Shown here in pieces: positions 1 through 12,975 of a DNA stretch of 64,000 nucleotides (the first letter of the stretch is position 1; every line of letters begins with the position of its first letter). Location: the NCBI GenBank assembly GCA_050575255.1, contig JBNZDD010013718.1, positions 8,683,677 to 8,747,676 of the forward strand, in the 5' to 3' direction. The translations under genes were made by a program, and so were the position numbers. This stretch comes from Harriotta raleighana. Taxonomy: Eukaryota. The notes beneath the pieces were generated by a model. It saw nothing but the letters and a program-made list of their open reading frames with translations. It did not search any database and was not told the DNA's origin.

Positions 1-1748
1 CACCTGAAAGACAACACCTCCAACAATGCTGCATTACCCCAGCACTGCATTGGAGTGTCAATCTAGATTATGAATTTACAATCTGGACATGGGGTTGAAC
101 CATGCAGTTTGGGTCATCCTCCTGATGTGAAAGACACAATTCAAATGCTGCTGTTGTTGAACCCACAAGCTTTGGACAGCAAGGCAAGTGTATTATAAAT
201 CCAGATTGCCATCAGCGATCAAACCTGGCGCTTTCCTGGTCTGCGTGGCTCAGTACTACATGAGATCAATAATTTACTAGTCCATTCATGGAAAAGAACT
301 TCATATATTTTCATATTGGTAAACTTGTACACTGTGGAGATAATCAATTAACAAGGGATTCCTCATGCAGCTCATTTGATCACTTTACCCCTCAGTGTGA
401 AACCGAACCATTACTATAGGTTTCAATCTTGTCCTATATAGAGTTAGATCTTAATAATAATATCAATAATCCTTGCAATTGATAAAGCACCTTATCACAT
501 CTTCAGGACGTCGCAGAGTGCTTCACAGAATACATTGTAAAATATTGACCGTGTATTTTGTGGTTGAAACATGGCAGCCAATTAACTAATTAAGTAGGGG
601 CAATTTGAACTGCAATTGGTCTGAGCACTCTTAGGCAAGGGAAGGAAAAATAAAGCTACCAGGGTTACTATTTGTGCCCATCCCCCTATGTAAAAAAAAA
701 AGTATGAATATCTGGGTGGAGCTAGCAGCAGGGACCAACCACTGTTGTTGTCTCAACTCCAGTATTGAAAACTATTCAATTCTGCCATTCACCATTACTC
801 CATTGCTGGCACTCACCTTCTAATCATGCATGAAGAGTGGTCACTCAGGCAAGGTGCCAGAGGGGAAATTGTCCCCTGCCTCCAAAACAAAGCCCAACTT
901 CAAAGATTCGAGCTCCAACACCTCCTGGGGGAGAAAACTCCACAAAACAAAGCCTTGTACACCTCATAATGTATCTGTATACATGTTCCTCATGGTAAAG
1001 AGGACAAGTGACTGTAAGTATTAGTCTTTTTTGAAAGAAACGTATAGAGAGGAACAACTCCAATAGTAGGCAACCAATCCAAACAACTGCAGAGACAACA
1101 CAGCCAATTGACTCGGGGATAGCTTGGCCCATATCTAGGCAACAAATTCACAGCAGCTGGCTCCCATTAATAGTTAAGTGTCAACTTGTTGTTTTGAGGC
1201 ATGCTCTGAGAATGAACAGGCTGAGACTGAAGCTGTACGAGTGCATTTGTGTTTTTTTCCCCATCACATTGGGCTTTGCTATAGCAACAAGCACAGAACT
1301 GCAAAAGCACTCATCTTACATGTGCAATATTTCTTTGCTCTTTTACAGGTTGGATCGGATGCAGGATACAGAAGGTTTACTTTGAAAAAGCAATTCCCTG
1401 AAGTGGCACTTTACAATAGCTCAGTTGATAGAGTGTGATAATGAGCCACATATACTAGGGAGGCCCCAAATTAAATTCTCAATTTGTGCTGAATTAACAG
1501 ATCTCAGCCAGGGCAACAGGCCATGTTAACAACTGACTACACCTGTAGAGATAAGGGAGGGAATCAATGATTGTTGCTTTTGATGATTACATTGAGATTT
1601 CTGCAGTAAATTGAACATCAGACCAAGACAGTCTCAAGCTCGATTTTGACATCCACCTGTAGCACTTTCGGGTTTGCATTTTAGAATAGCTCCAAAAATG
1701 GCTCTCACAGAATTCACAGTATAGCCCTGTAATATTCTCGTTGCGTTT

Positions 1749-2090
1749 GTGGAGCTCCTGTGGCTCAGTGGTTAGAGCACTCGCCTTACATGCCTTACAA
1801 GCATGAGACCTGTGTTCGAATCCAGGCAGATCAGGGCGAAACCTTGGGCAAGTTTCCTTACTCCACATGCCTAATAATAATCCCTCCAAAAAAAAACACA
1901 ATAATAAAATTGGTCATTTCAATCTATGACTGTTTGTGGGACGCTGCTGTGCGCAATTGGCTGCTGCGCTCCGCCCACAAATATACAGTCAATTCACTTT
2001 ACAGTATATTCTGTGAAGCGCTTTGGGACGTTGATAAGATGTGAAAAGCGCTATATCAAATGCAAGGATTATTATTATTATTATTATTAT
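1749..2090 (+). mobile_element. Young full-length tRNA-derived SINE (Deu-domain type) with (TTA)n tail
   Basis: A box TGGCTCAGTGG 1761-1771, B box GTTCGAATCC 1814-1823, central TGTTTGTGGGACGCTGCTGTGCGCAATTGGCTGC domain, LINE-like tail; near-identical inverted copy at 12577-12912. Confidence 0.92.
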
Positions 2091-5000
2091 CTCTCCCTAG
2101 TCCTAGGGGAACTCACCTATAGCTCTGCACAACAGTGCACCATGCAACATTGCCCTGGCCAAATATGCAGGTGATACACTATCTTGTTACACAATCTCGT
2201 ATCTCATAGGGTGACTGGGTCAGTGAAAAGACCCCAGCACAAGTCAGGACCTTCAGGAGTGAACAGTTTGTAAATAACTCTAGAGTGGATCGGAGATCAC
2301 CTTCACAAGAACCTTTCTGTTCTGCCTGACCCAATTCCACAATACAATTGCCATCACATCTTGTTTCAATCGCTGGAGAGATTTATTTTCCCCCCCAGAA
2401 AAAAAATGTTACGGATGGAACAAAACCATCGACTTAGCTCATCTGCAACTCAACTGTGGTAACCAGTATTTATCTAAATCATGTGACATACAGCACGCCA
2501 CAAATTACAGTCCCTGCAGAGGAATAATTCTGGAACCTTCTACGTTAAGTGTATAATTACTACAGGCAGCAATACATCCGCTGTGTGGTTTTAAGCCTTT
2601 CAGTGCGATACAGTCAGAGAACAATCCAGTCCATTATTTAGCGACCGATTGGATAGTACAACCTACTAGGAGATGTTCATTACACATACAGAGCAGCAAC
2701 CTTACTGGACTGGATCAGCCACTCATGTTTCCATATTTACATTTTAATTGGATTGGTGGGGGGTGATTGGGGGGTGGGGGGAGGCAGGAATCCAAATTGA
2801 GTCAACACTATTTTGAATTAAATGGCATGAGTTTGGGCACAGAGGATTCAGAACAGTAACAACACTATTGTATAAAGAGAAACCTGCCACTGGCCACAAT
2901 GTGGACTGACAGCTGTTGGCCTTAGTGGAACAATAAGCTGACCATCCAGAGACATCGGACATACAGCAAAGAAGTACACTGACTGCCCAGAGACATAGTG
3001 AAGCAATCAACTGACTGTCAAGATATACAAGCCACACAAAGCATACAGGCTGATCACAAAGATCATTGTGGAGAATTACCCATAGATTAATTATGGGAAC
3101 TAAAAATATAACACTGATGAGGCATGGGGTTTCCCAAGCCACATATTTACTGTGTCTTTCACTTTTCCAACAATAAGTTCTCATAAGGTTGATAGCAGTC
3201 TGTCAGCTCCGTGCCTGCTGCAGAATGAGCTGCCAGTGCATAAAGCAAGCACTAGGCATTGCTCCAGCTGTTACACCTACTGTCTCTGCACCATGCAAAT
3301 CACCATCTTTCACAAATTACCCCTTTCATCAAGGTCAGGAAGAGGAGGGGTTGGCAACAAGTGCACATTGAAAGACACAGATGCTTTTCTTCAGAGGCTT
3401 TTAATGTAAAGTGACAAATATCAAGGGACATCCTACTTACACACATCAACAGACATGTCACCTTCCTGTTCCAGGATACAATCATCTAACCTCGAATTTA
3501 CATTCAGTTGGTGCAATATCCGCAGACTCACTGCAGCTCAATCCAACCTGCCAACCTGGTTACAGCTCTTATGGGGTATAGAACAGTGTAGAATTGGAGA
3601 GGCAGCATTTGTTTCTGAGGATTCTATAGGGAGCCTTTCTGCGGTGTGGAGTGGAGAAATCAGATTTGACAGAAAGGAAGCATTGGCTGCTGTCATTATC
3701 CCAAAAATATATTGGGAATATCTTTTTCCCTTTCCCTCCTATGTTCACCCTTCCTCTCCTGAAAGCATTGATTTGCAATTTCAAAGCACTGAAAACTCTC
3801 CATAGGTGTCCCTCGTTCCCCGTCTGTTATTAAGTGTCTGTTCTTCAAATGTGAACTCAGACTTTATCTTTCATTTATACTTAACTTTCAGGAGAGTTTG
3901 GTGTGTTTGTGAAAACAGGCAAGAGCGAGTGTGATAGAGTACAAGTTTTAGAACTTGTCCATATTTGTGTTGTTAATGCAGATTTATAACATGTTAGTTG
4001 TATAGTTATTGTAACAAAGGAATTGTACATGACACAGAATGTAAAGTCTCTCATTGAGCAGGACAGACATAAAATCAGAGTCACTCCTGGGAAGTGAGGC
4101 ATTGACAGGGAAGCTTAACCAGTTTCTAGGGAAACCTAAGGTAATGCAACTTTAAAAAAAATATGTTTTTTAAAATGTGTTAATATTGCTTTCAAATCCC
4201 CCTGTAAAAGTGGTAAAATTGTAAAATGTCCTTCAAATTAAATTGGGAAGCCAGGCTAATGTGTCAATGCCCACATTGCAGGACACATCAGGGCTTAAGA
4301 GAGTGGATGAGCTAATCACATGAGATCAGTCATGTTTGTGATACCAGATTTAATCATGAGCTAGGGGGAGCGAGTGCTATAAATATCACTAAAATGAAAA
4401 CACTCACTCAAAATATATGGAATTAAAGTGCAAGGCTGAGCCAGACATCTCAGAGAGACCAACTTCAGGCTCGTTATTTAATGACTCAGTCTGGTTTCAG
4501 TGATTGTACTGATGGCAGGAATGGGTTGAAACTGCTCATGAAAACCACTCTTTAAGCGTGCCTTTGGTCAATGCACTTAAATTCTCCTTTCTCTCCTCTG
4601 GGCTCACTGTTCCCCAACGACACAAGTTCTACATGATAGGAGCAATATAAGTGCAAGTTATTGTTGGCAATCTCCCCCAGCTTCTTCTGTTCATTACCCG
4701 AGAAGACAGTGATGGGGATTAATAAGGTCCCAGGAAACCAGTCAATTCAAACATAATGTATTGGAGGAGACATTGCTGGGCCTGTTAACATTAAACAGTG
4801 TAACAGCTGAGTCAGATAGTGGAATGAGAGGAAGGGGCAAACAGGCAAAGTTTTACCACAGAGAGTGGAGGTATGGGATCAGGATTCAGCTTTGGATGAA
4901 TCTTATAAAGAATTAAGCAATAAAGAGGGGAAACTGAAGTTTTATGATGTAATCACAGTTAACAGACTAGATCATCGTTTTTTTTTAAACAGAGCCTGAA

Positions 5001-5238
5001 CTCCTCCCCAACTCCTTGTGAGGCCTGGATTATGTGCCTTCTGATTCAGGGTAAAATTTACTATGTGCCTAGTTACTGTTACCAGGCAAAACACACGTTG
5101 CTGTGATGTGCAAGGCGACTTGATTGGAAATTCAGAACGCTAGACTTTTTTTTAAAAAGCAGTTTGAATTGACTCAAGAATCACAAAGCAAACCTCATTT
5201 GCTTTCCAAGACGTGTTTCGAGCTGCATCTCTGGAGTC

Positions 5239-5252
5239 GTTACCAGGGTAAC
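5239..5252. promoter_or_regulatory. Palindromic RFX X-box-like motif GTTACCAGGGTAAC
   Basis: Matches the GTNRCC-N2-RGYAAC consensus with perfect 6-bp arms; function not shown. Confidence 0.45.
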
Positions 5253-6670
5253 TGCTTGGCTCTTATAGGAAGGGCTCCCGTCAGTCCCTGATCTGAAGAT
5301 GGCATCTTCCAATGGCTGGCTCTGCTAACGGGAAATCCACTCACACGCTGAGATAAACTGACTCCCCAGAATATCTCGCAGAGCTGTGTGCTAGCATCTT
5401 CACAAACGAGTCCTGTAGAAAAGATTGTGAAGCAGTGTAGCCTGCGTCAAGGACCGTCTGCGCTCTTTAACCACACTGCGTTTCTTCCCTTCTCCCCCAC
5501 CTCCCCCCTCCACCCCACTTCCAGTGGGAGCATTTTCCCCCTCCCCCTTATCGCTTCACTGCACTACACCTTCTGTGTAAAATGCCTTTTTATTTCTATT
5601 CTCTATTTCCCATTCATAGTTTTTCCAATCTTATTTTATAAGAATGGGTCACAAGATGATATTCAGAAGCAGGAGATGGAGTGACCTGACACCTCCCTGG
5701 CCCAAGAACATCAAGATGGATTGTAATTGCCTTACTCTGCTGCTCTGAGCGGCCATCCGGTGTGGAGGACGCTCTATAAATCAAAGTTGTTGTTGTTGTT
5801 ACTGCCTACCTGGCAGAAATTCACAAATTCCACTCAAATCTGGGATTTTCCTAGTGTCCTCTGATCCTTCCACTCTGATCAGTGCTTTATCCAAAGAGCC
5901 ACCAGGAAATGATCTGCAACAATTCTGGGATCAAAATGACAACTCGGATCTGGTCACGCTATCCCTGGGACTCCAGATCAGTTTATCCCTGATCCTGAGA
6001 TCCTGCACATTGTACAACTAGTCACAGGTGCTGGGATCTGGCATTAAGATAGGCCCTGGGATCAAACCATTTTTGAGCCTTGGATCCAGGATAAGTCTTT
6101 GCCTGGGCATTTATCAGTCATCAATCTGGGTTTGGCATTGGGAACTATGATCAATCTATGCTTAGTCTTGGGATCCAAGATTATTTGCACTCTTACTGGA
6201 GAAACTGACACAGTTTTGTTACATCAGGAAGCACCAAATAGTACAATTTAGAATCTGAAAGCATGACTAACAAAGTGGTTTGAAACAGCAGTAAACAGAC
6301 AATTGGGTCACTGACTGAACCTCCACCACCATCTAATTAATGTGAAAATAAGGTGCCTCCTCTCTAAGTGATATCAAATACTGGAAGATAATTAATACTG
6401 TGAGACATTCATATGTCAAACATTGGCATCTGAATGCCTTTACTAAACCATTAATTAAAATGTGATATATATATAGAAAAATTAAGTTTGGGATGACTAA
6501 TATCATCTGGGTAGCTAACATATAATTTGCTACTAGCAGATGTCTGCTCAGAGATTGGAAGTGGTTTCTGAGATCGTCTGCCATTTGGTCATTATAAGAG
6601 AATTGTTGCCATCTATTGAATTACAGGTTCCATCGATATAGTAGCTGCACAGTGCAGAGATTCTAAAAAA

Positions 6671-7405
6671 TAATCCTTGCATTTGAAATAGTGTCTTATC
6701 ATGTTGAGACGTCACAAACCACTTCACAAAGTGACTGTATATTATGTAGGCAAAACGCGACAGCCAGTTACGCACAGTAGTGTCCCACAAACAATCGTGG
6801 ATTGAATAATCAGATCAAATATATATATATATATATAGTTGAAGTGATTATTACCTCCAGAAACTAATCTACCAATCAACTAGCAACCGGGTTCTTACCT
6901 ACTGCTAGATAACAACAACAACAACAACAAGATTACATTTATAGAGCGCGTTTCACGTCAGGAGGACGTCCCAAGGCGCTGGACAGATGATTTAAGACCC
7001 GATCAGGGGGAAATGTTCGGGGCGAGGGGGGAGGGAGAGGGTGGGAGCAAGGAGGAGGTAGAGAGTCGAGAGGGGAGCTGAAGGCACGGTCGAAGAGAAA
7101 GGTCTTGAGACCGGCCTTGAAAGAGGAAAGGGAGGGAGCGAGGCGAAGGCACTGGGGGATGGAGTTCCAGAGCCTGGGGGCTGAGCAGCTGAAAGCCCGG
7201 CCGCCAATGGTAGGGCGGTTAGGGCAGGGGATGTGGAGCAGACCAGAGCCAGAGGAACGGAGGGTACGGGCAGGTAGATAGGATAAACAGACACATGTGG
7301 AATATGGAATCTTGCCTAAGGTGATTCCCCGGGTTTGATCCACTGCCTGAGAATTGAACCTGGTTTTTCGCTTGTGAGGTGAATGCTCTACCCAATACAC
7401 TATAC
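6671..7405 (-). mobile_element. Older SINE (body about 6671-6908, tRNA head about 7286-7405) interrupted by an L2 fragment
   Basis: Tail and body match the SINE family; a degenerate tRNA head follows the L2 piece. Confidence 0.75.
6910..7285 (-). mobile_element. 5'-truncated L2-clade LINE (ORF2 C-terminus + 3'UTR + (TTG)n tail)
   Basis: Translates as RTLRSSGSGLLHIP...GGRAFSCSAPRLWNSIP...LSSFKAGLKTFLFDRAFS, the typical L2 ORF2 end. Confidence 0.9.
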
Positions 7406-8969
7406 GCAAATTCAATAGTAGAAGAAAGACCAGTATTAATGGTTCCTTTCTTGGTTGCATTCCCAAGAGGATATTTTATCCCATGTTTACATTATAATAA
7501 GGATGGATAATAAGACTGTTGCTGAATCAATTTGTAATGAATGATTGGAGGTGCTTTGTTGGGCTGTTAACACCCAGAGTCCCTTGAGTGGGGGTGGGCA
7601 GGAGTTTCATTCCTGCTCCGCACTGCTCCTGATCAGAGGTTGCTGAGCAGTTAGCAGTTACCTGGGTGGTTTCCATTTGCCGCTGGGGTTGAAGTTTCAG
7701 TACGTTGCTGCTTTTGTTCTGTTGCATTCTGTTAAAAAAAAATGTCCAGCAGCAAATCCCATTAATGTTTATTTCCAACTATGGTGATTCTACCTTCACT
7801 CTATTCCATTTCAGGGCTGTGAGCTGCAATCTATATTTGCATGGGACCATTTACAATGTAAAACAGTTTTAGACAGTGAAATGGTTCCATCAAAGCAATA
7901 AATTGCTGCATCATTTTACCTTGAAAAAGTTGTAGAGATTATAGGATCACAAAGCCACAGAAGTAGGACATTCGGTGCGCTGTGTCGGGGCAGATTTTCG
8001 GGCCAGACTGAGCTGCAGCAATCCTCACTGACTGGAGTATTGAAATAATCCATGTATTTGAGATAGAGCCTTTCACATCAGGCTGACATCTCAAAAGCAC
8101 CTTACAGGGTTTACTGTAAAGCGTAGTGATTTTATTTTGTAGGTGAACAAGGCTCTAATTTTACAGAGCAATGACTCACAAACAGCCATGGAGTAAATCG
8201 CTAATTATATCTGGAGAATTGTAAGCCAGAGCACTGGGAGAAACTTCTTTCTGTTTTCAAGTAGCACCACGGGATTTTTAACATCCACTTGAAGAGGCAA
8301 ATGGGACGGTGCTTTAACATCTCAACTGAAGGACTGCACCTCCATTGAGTCCCTCCTCATCTGTGTCTCTCGGAGAAAAATGTTAGCCCAGAAATCGTTG
8401 CCTAGAGACCAACACCAACGTCCTCAGAAGGCAGGCATATTGAGGAAAGAATGGGGAATAGCCTAAAAGTTGCAATAATTGGCCTGAACATGTAAGGCAC
8501 AATAAAGTGGAAAAGAATTTGGGACAAACCTAAATTACATATTGTATATGCCTTGATCTGATCATTCTAGTTTAAAAATGGACCCCATTGGATGTGGACA
8601 TTCTTTTTGTACAAGGGCCCCACGACAGGATTTTTGGCATTCACTCATTTTAAGCTTTACGAGTGTTGACACTGCAAGAGCCACTTGAGGCTTGTGAATA
8701 AATTGTGACTTTGCAAGGGCCGTAAAAGTTAGTGCTCTGTGTGATTGTGAAGCCGCAGTTCTTTCTTTGTGCTGGGGCGGGAGTTAATGGGTCGCAGGAA
8801 TCGGTTTTATGGAGTCATGTTTAACACAATGTCAAGGTTTTACAGGCTTGTTCAAATAAAATACTAGATTATTAGGGAGTGCTGCTTATTGCAGAATGCA
8901 AGGCCTCTCTTCTCCGGATCCAATCGGGTTTTGTAGGCAACCAAAAAGGATTCCAGGTTTATTACTGTA

Positions 8970-9163
8970 CCCTCTGCCTCATCCTCTCCCTTGTCTGTTT
9001 TCAAAACCTGTCTGAAAACCCTCATCAACCATGCCTTCAGTTACCCTCCTAACCCCACCCTCCACCCCCAATGATTCCAACCACCAGCTCAGATCCCTAA
9101 CCTTTCAGCACCTTGGGAAGTCCTCCTTACAGGAAAGGCACTATACAATGTAATTTGTTGTTG
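8970..9163 (+). mobile_element. Degenerate L2 3' fragment
   Basis: Ends GAAAGGCACTATACAATGTAATTTGTTGTTG. Confidence 0.7.
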
Positions 9164-10550
9164 CCCCATCAGTCATCAGTTTTTGGAGTGACTAGAAACT
9201 GGGGACTTTTAAGCGAATTCTCAATGTTGAAAACCGAGTCAGAGTAAATACTCACTGTCGCCTTGATTTGTTATTACAGCTACTAGATCTCTGGTTTAGT
9301 ATTGTAGGAGCGTTGCCATTGATCTTTCAAAAGTCTTGGTCAGGCTGGTTGGATGGTTTGACGAAGTTGATTTGGATAGTTTTGTTTGCAAAAGAAAAAT
9401 TGCAAAGTTGACAATTCCTCCAGTTCTGGAACGAGTGTTATTATATTATTATGGTAACCACTCTGCTGCACTTCTAACAATCAAATATGTTTTTGCTGCT
9501 TAACATGAGTGATTTTCCTGGTGTCTCTGTGGAATCTCTGGTTGTCTGATGCTCCCTGCATTATTTATAACACATTTTATCTGACTTGCATCGAGTGCTT
9601 GCATTACCCCAGGATATTTAGTCTCCGCAGTAATGTCCCGATCAGATATTTTATATAAACAAACATAATATCATGGATAATTTATGAAATCTATCAACAG
9701 AACTCAGAAGACAGAAATAGTCCACTCCTCACAGTGAATGCATAAACCCCTCAAAGCCAAACAATCCCAGGTTAGAAACTCAAACTTCCATATCTTAGTT
9801 ACCTATGAGTTGGGTGCCACAGTTTTGGTCCTCATGATAATGAAGGATACCTGTGTCGAGTACAAACTTCTTCCATTTTTCAAAATCTACCAAAATTGAG
9901 CACACCCAAATATAAGCAGTCAGAATATAGCTGATTTCACTCTGCCCCAGTCATAGGAAATACTGTAATACTAATCATAATACTGTACCCACATTTGATA
10001 TAGCGCCTTATCACATTGTTGAGACTTCTCAAAGCATTTCACAGAATATAATGTAAAGTGAATTGACTGCATTTTGTGGGTGGAACGCAGCAGTCAAACA
10101 GTACTGCAGTGTCAATCAATCGTGGATTGAGTGACCACATTTTTGTTTGGAGGGATTATTACCCCCCGGAAAGTGATCTACCAATCGACTAATTTGAGTT
10201 CCTATTTATTAATCTCCTAGATTCCCACACCACATGCAATGGCTTCCTCCAGCGAGGTGTCCAGGTTAGTGCTGAATTAAGTATTAGGAGCTGTTTTGTG
10301 CTGTGACCCCTCCCCATTTCCACTAGGACCTGGGCTGCAATTGCCCCAAACATTTCACACACTATTTAATATTCATTACATTTCTGACTGGAGAGCAGGA
10401 GTTATAGTCTATTCCCTGCACCATACAACACATTTCTGTGCTGCTCCACTTACAATATCCCATGAGGAGAGGCTGAAGGTGAATCAAATATAAGAAAGAT
10501 GAAGACAGGCGACTTTAAATCATGTGTAGTAGGGAGGAAGAACACACAAT

Positions 10551-10566
10551 TTTATTAAGCTTTATT
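10551..10566 (-). terminator. Candidate distal tandem poly(A) signals of PPIP5K1
   Basis: Minus strand reads AATAAAGCTTAATAAAATTGTGTGTT: two AATAAA followed by a GT-rich tract. Other AATAAA occur near 11500 and at 13354-13359. Confidence 0.45.
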
Positions 10567-12440
10567 AGTGATTTTTCAAAAAAAACACACAATGGCAAAT
10601 ATTTCAATAAATTAAGATAATTGCATGTTTCTAAAAACAGCCCAATGTCTGTCTTTTGAAGATCTTCTCAAGCTTCTGTTCAAAGATCACAAAATAGATT
10701 TGTTATTTATAAAAAGTGATTGCTTTCATATATCAGCACAAATGTAGACCCATCACTACCAACAGCTTGTATTTACATTGCGCCCTCACGCAGGATAGCA
10801 TCCCAGAGAGCTTGACAGTGGCGGAGCACGAGTCATAGGCAAATTCAGTGAAATTGACAGAAGCTTTTCCAATATATTATTGTGCAAAGCATACAAGAAT
10901 GTGACTGAGGCATGTTCACACCAAGGAAGCTTTTTTCCAATCAACTGTGTACTTATCTACAGCTTTGATTGGTCTGTAAAAACAAGAATTTGTATCAAGC
11001 ACCTATTTTGTGTGCTGAATGGAGCGTTTACTTGTGATCTGCTAAGCACCTTTCCTCCCTCCCTCCTTCCCATAACCTGCTGAAAATGACAATAGAAAGC
11101 CGTCAATAGCAAGCTCTCTACATGGCACTAATATCTCATTTATACAATACAAGCAAATTCACTTATAATAATGCTTATTTAAAAGGCAGGTGATACAGCC
11201 ACAATACTGAGTGGGACCATTGCACAATGATGATGTGTCCACTCCTCTCTGATTTGAACTGTTAAGTTTTTAATATTACATCCTTCATCCAACACACACA
11301 AAAACATTCATAGTGTACAAAATTAACACAGCTGTCTTGGGAGGACAAAAACTAAAATTTATCAAAATAACTGTTATCCCAGCATAAGAGAAAGTGTAGC
11401 AGAGAGTGCAACAAAACATTTTTAGGTTGATAAAAACAGTGCAATGATTACAAATTTTGCCAATACCATTTATTATAAACACTGAATTACAAACACCTTT
11501 TATTTAAAATAAAGTCATGAGCCGTTGCTGATTTGATTTGGGGAGAATTAATTTAAACTCATCGAATGCGCTGTGATTGACACTGAGGTACATATGTTGA
11601 AACAGCAGTGCAATATTGCAACTCATATCCCAGTGAATAGTATAACCAGCATTCTGCCCAAAGCATAAAAAATTACTGTTGATATATACAATTTAACAAC
11701 AAACATCAAAGCAGTATCTGGTTTCCTTTGATCATACTGGCTTCCACATATGAACCATTTATCAATGCTTGTACTTAATGATTCTATATTCCATTTGTAG
11801 TTTTACTGTGGAAATAGTCCCCCAAATTAATCACTAAATCTGGGTTATTTCACTGCAGAGGGAGGGGTGGGGGAGGTCATACTGCAGTGGTTTCAATTGG
11901 CTACTACTCTATATGCTTATGAGTCTCAACTTTTGATTAGATTCAACGGGTAAGATTTTGTGAAAATTTAATGTGAAGCACTGAAGGCAGCCTAAGCTCA
12001 GATAGGATCCCAGCTCTTCATCACTATTCGGTGACCCCTGCTGGAAGATATGTGTGTGGGTGCTGCTTGAGTGCAAGATCAGGCTCCAAATGAGTATCTA
12101 GAAATCCGGGGCAACTAAATATTTATCTTACATTACCACTTGTGACTTAATTGTACATCAGTTGTACCTCCTACCCCCAAACCATAAAAATGGGCAATGA
12201 AATCCTTATGATGTAATCTGGATTAATGCCACCCACCCAGGTCATTATTATGCCTTTGGAGATTCCAGCAATTTCAAGAAGCTAGGGTTCAGGAAACCAA
12301 ACAAAGAGACACAACAGCAATTCCCTTATTCACATTTTTGTTTTAGGCTAGAATGGTACACTCTACCACACTCATTTTATGATAATTGCAGCACAATTTC
12401 AATAAGGTTAGGCAGCAATGAGGACAGCATATCACAACTT

Positions 12441-12975
12441 GATAATAATGTTCCTTGCATTCGATATAGAGCCTTATCGTGTCTTCGAGACGTCTCAAGG
12501 CGGTTCACAGAATATACTACAAAGTGAATTGATTGTATATTTTGTGGGTGAAATGCGGCAGCCAACTGCGCACAGCAATAATAATAATAATAATAATAAT
12601 AATCCTTGCATTTGATATAGCGCTTTTCACATCTTATCGACGTCCCAAAGTGCTTCACAGAATATACTGTAAAGTGAATTGACTGTATATTTGTGGGCGG
12701 AATGCGGCAGCCAATTGCGCACAGCAGCGTCCCACAAACAGTCATAGATTGAAATGACCAATTTTATTATTGTGTTTTTTTTGGAGGGATTATTATTAGG
12801 CATGTGGAGTAAGGAAACTTGCCCAAGGTTTCGCCCTGATCTGCCTGGATTCGAACACAGGTCTCATGCTTGTAAGACGAGTGCTCTAACCACTAAGCCA
12901 CAGGAGCTCCACGAATGTCCCACAAGCAGTCGTGGATTGAGTGACCAAATTATTATTGTTATTATTATTTTTGAT
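12441..12975 (-). mobile_element. Older SINE copy split by the younger SINE
   Basis: ...GCCAACTGCGCACAGC | AATGTCCCACAAGCAGTCGTGGATTGAG rejoins into the family body. Confidence 0.8.
12577..12912 (-). mobile_element. Young full-length tRNA-derived SINE nested in an older SINE
   Basis: Reverse complement of 1749-2090 with few differences; interrupts an older copy at 12441-12576 / 12914-12975. Confidence 0.92.

Noticed and set aside
1751-1830. tRNA gene
   Set aside because: The A and B boxes are present, but the sequence runs straight into a SINE body and tail and has no proper acceptor stem.
6939-7466. 175-aa ORF as a novel gene
   Set aside because: Chance fusion of a SINE head and the L2 ORF2 C-terminus.
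1-10500. 3' end of MAP1A, the tail-to-tail neighbour of PPIP5K1 in human
   Set aside because: No MAP1A light-chain peptide is visible in the ORF track or in my reading.
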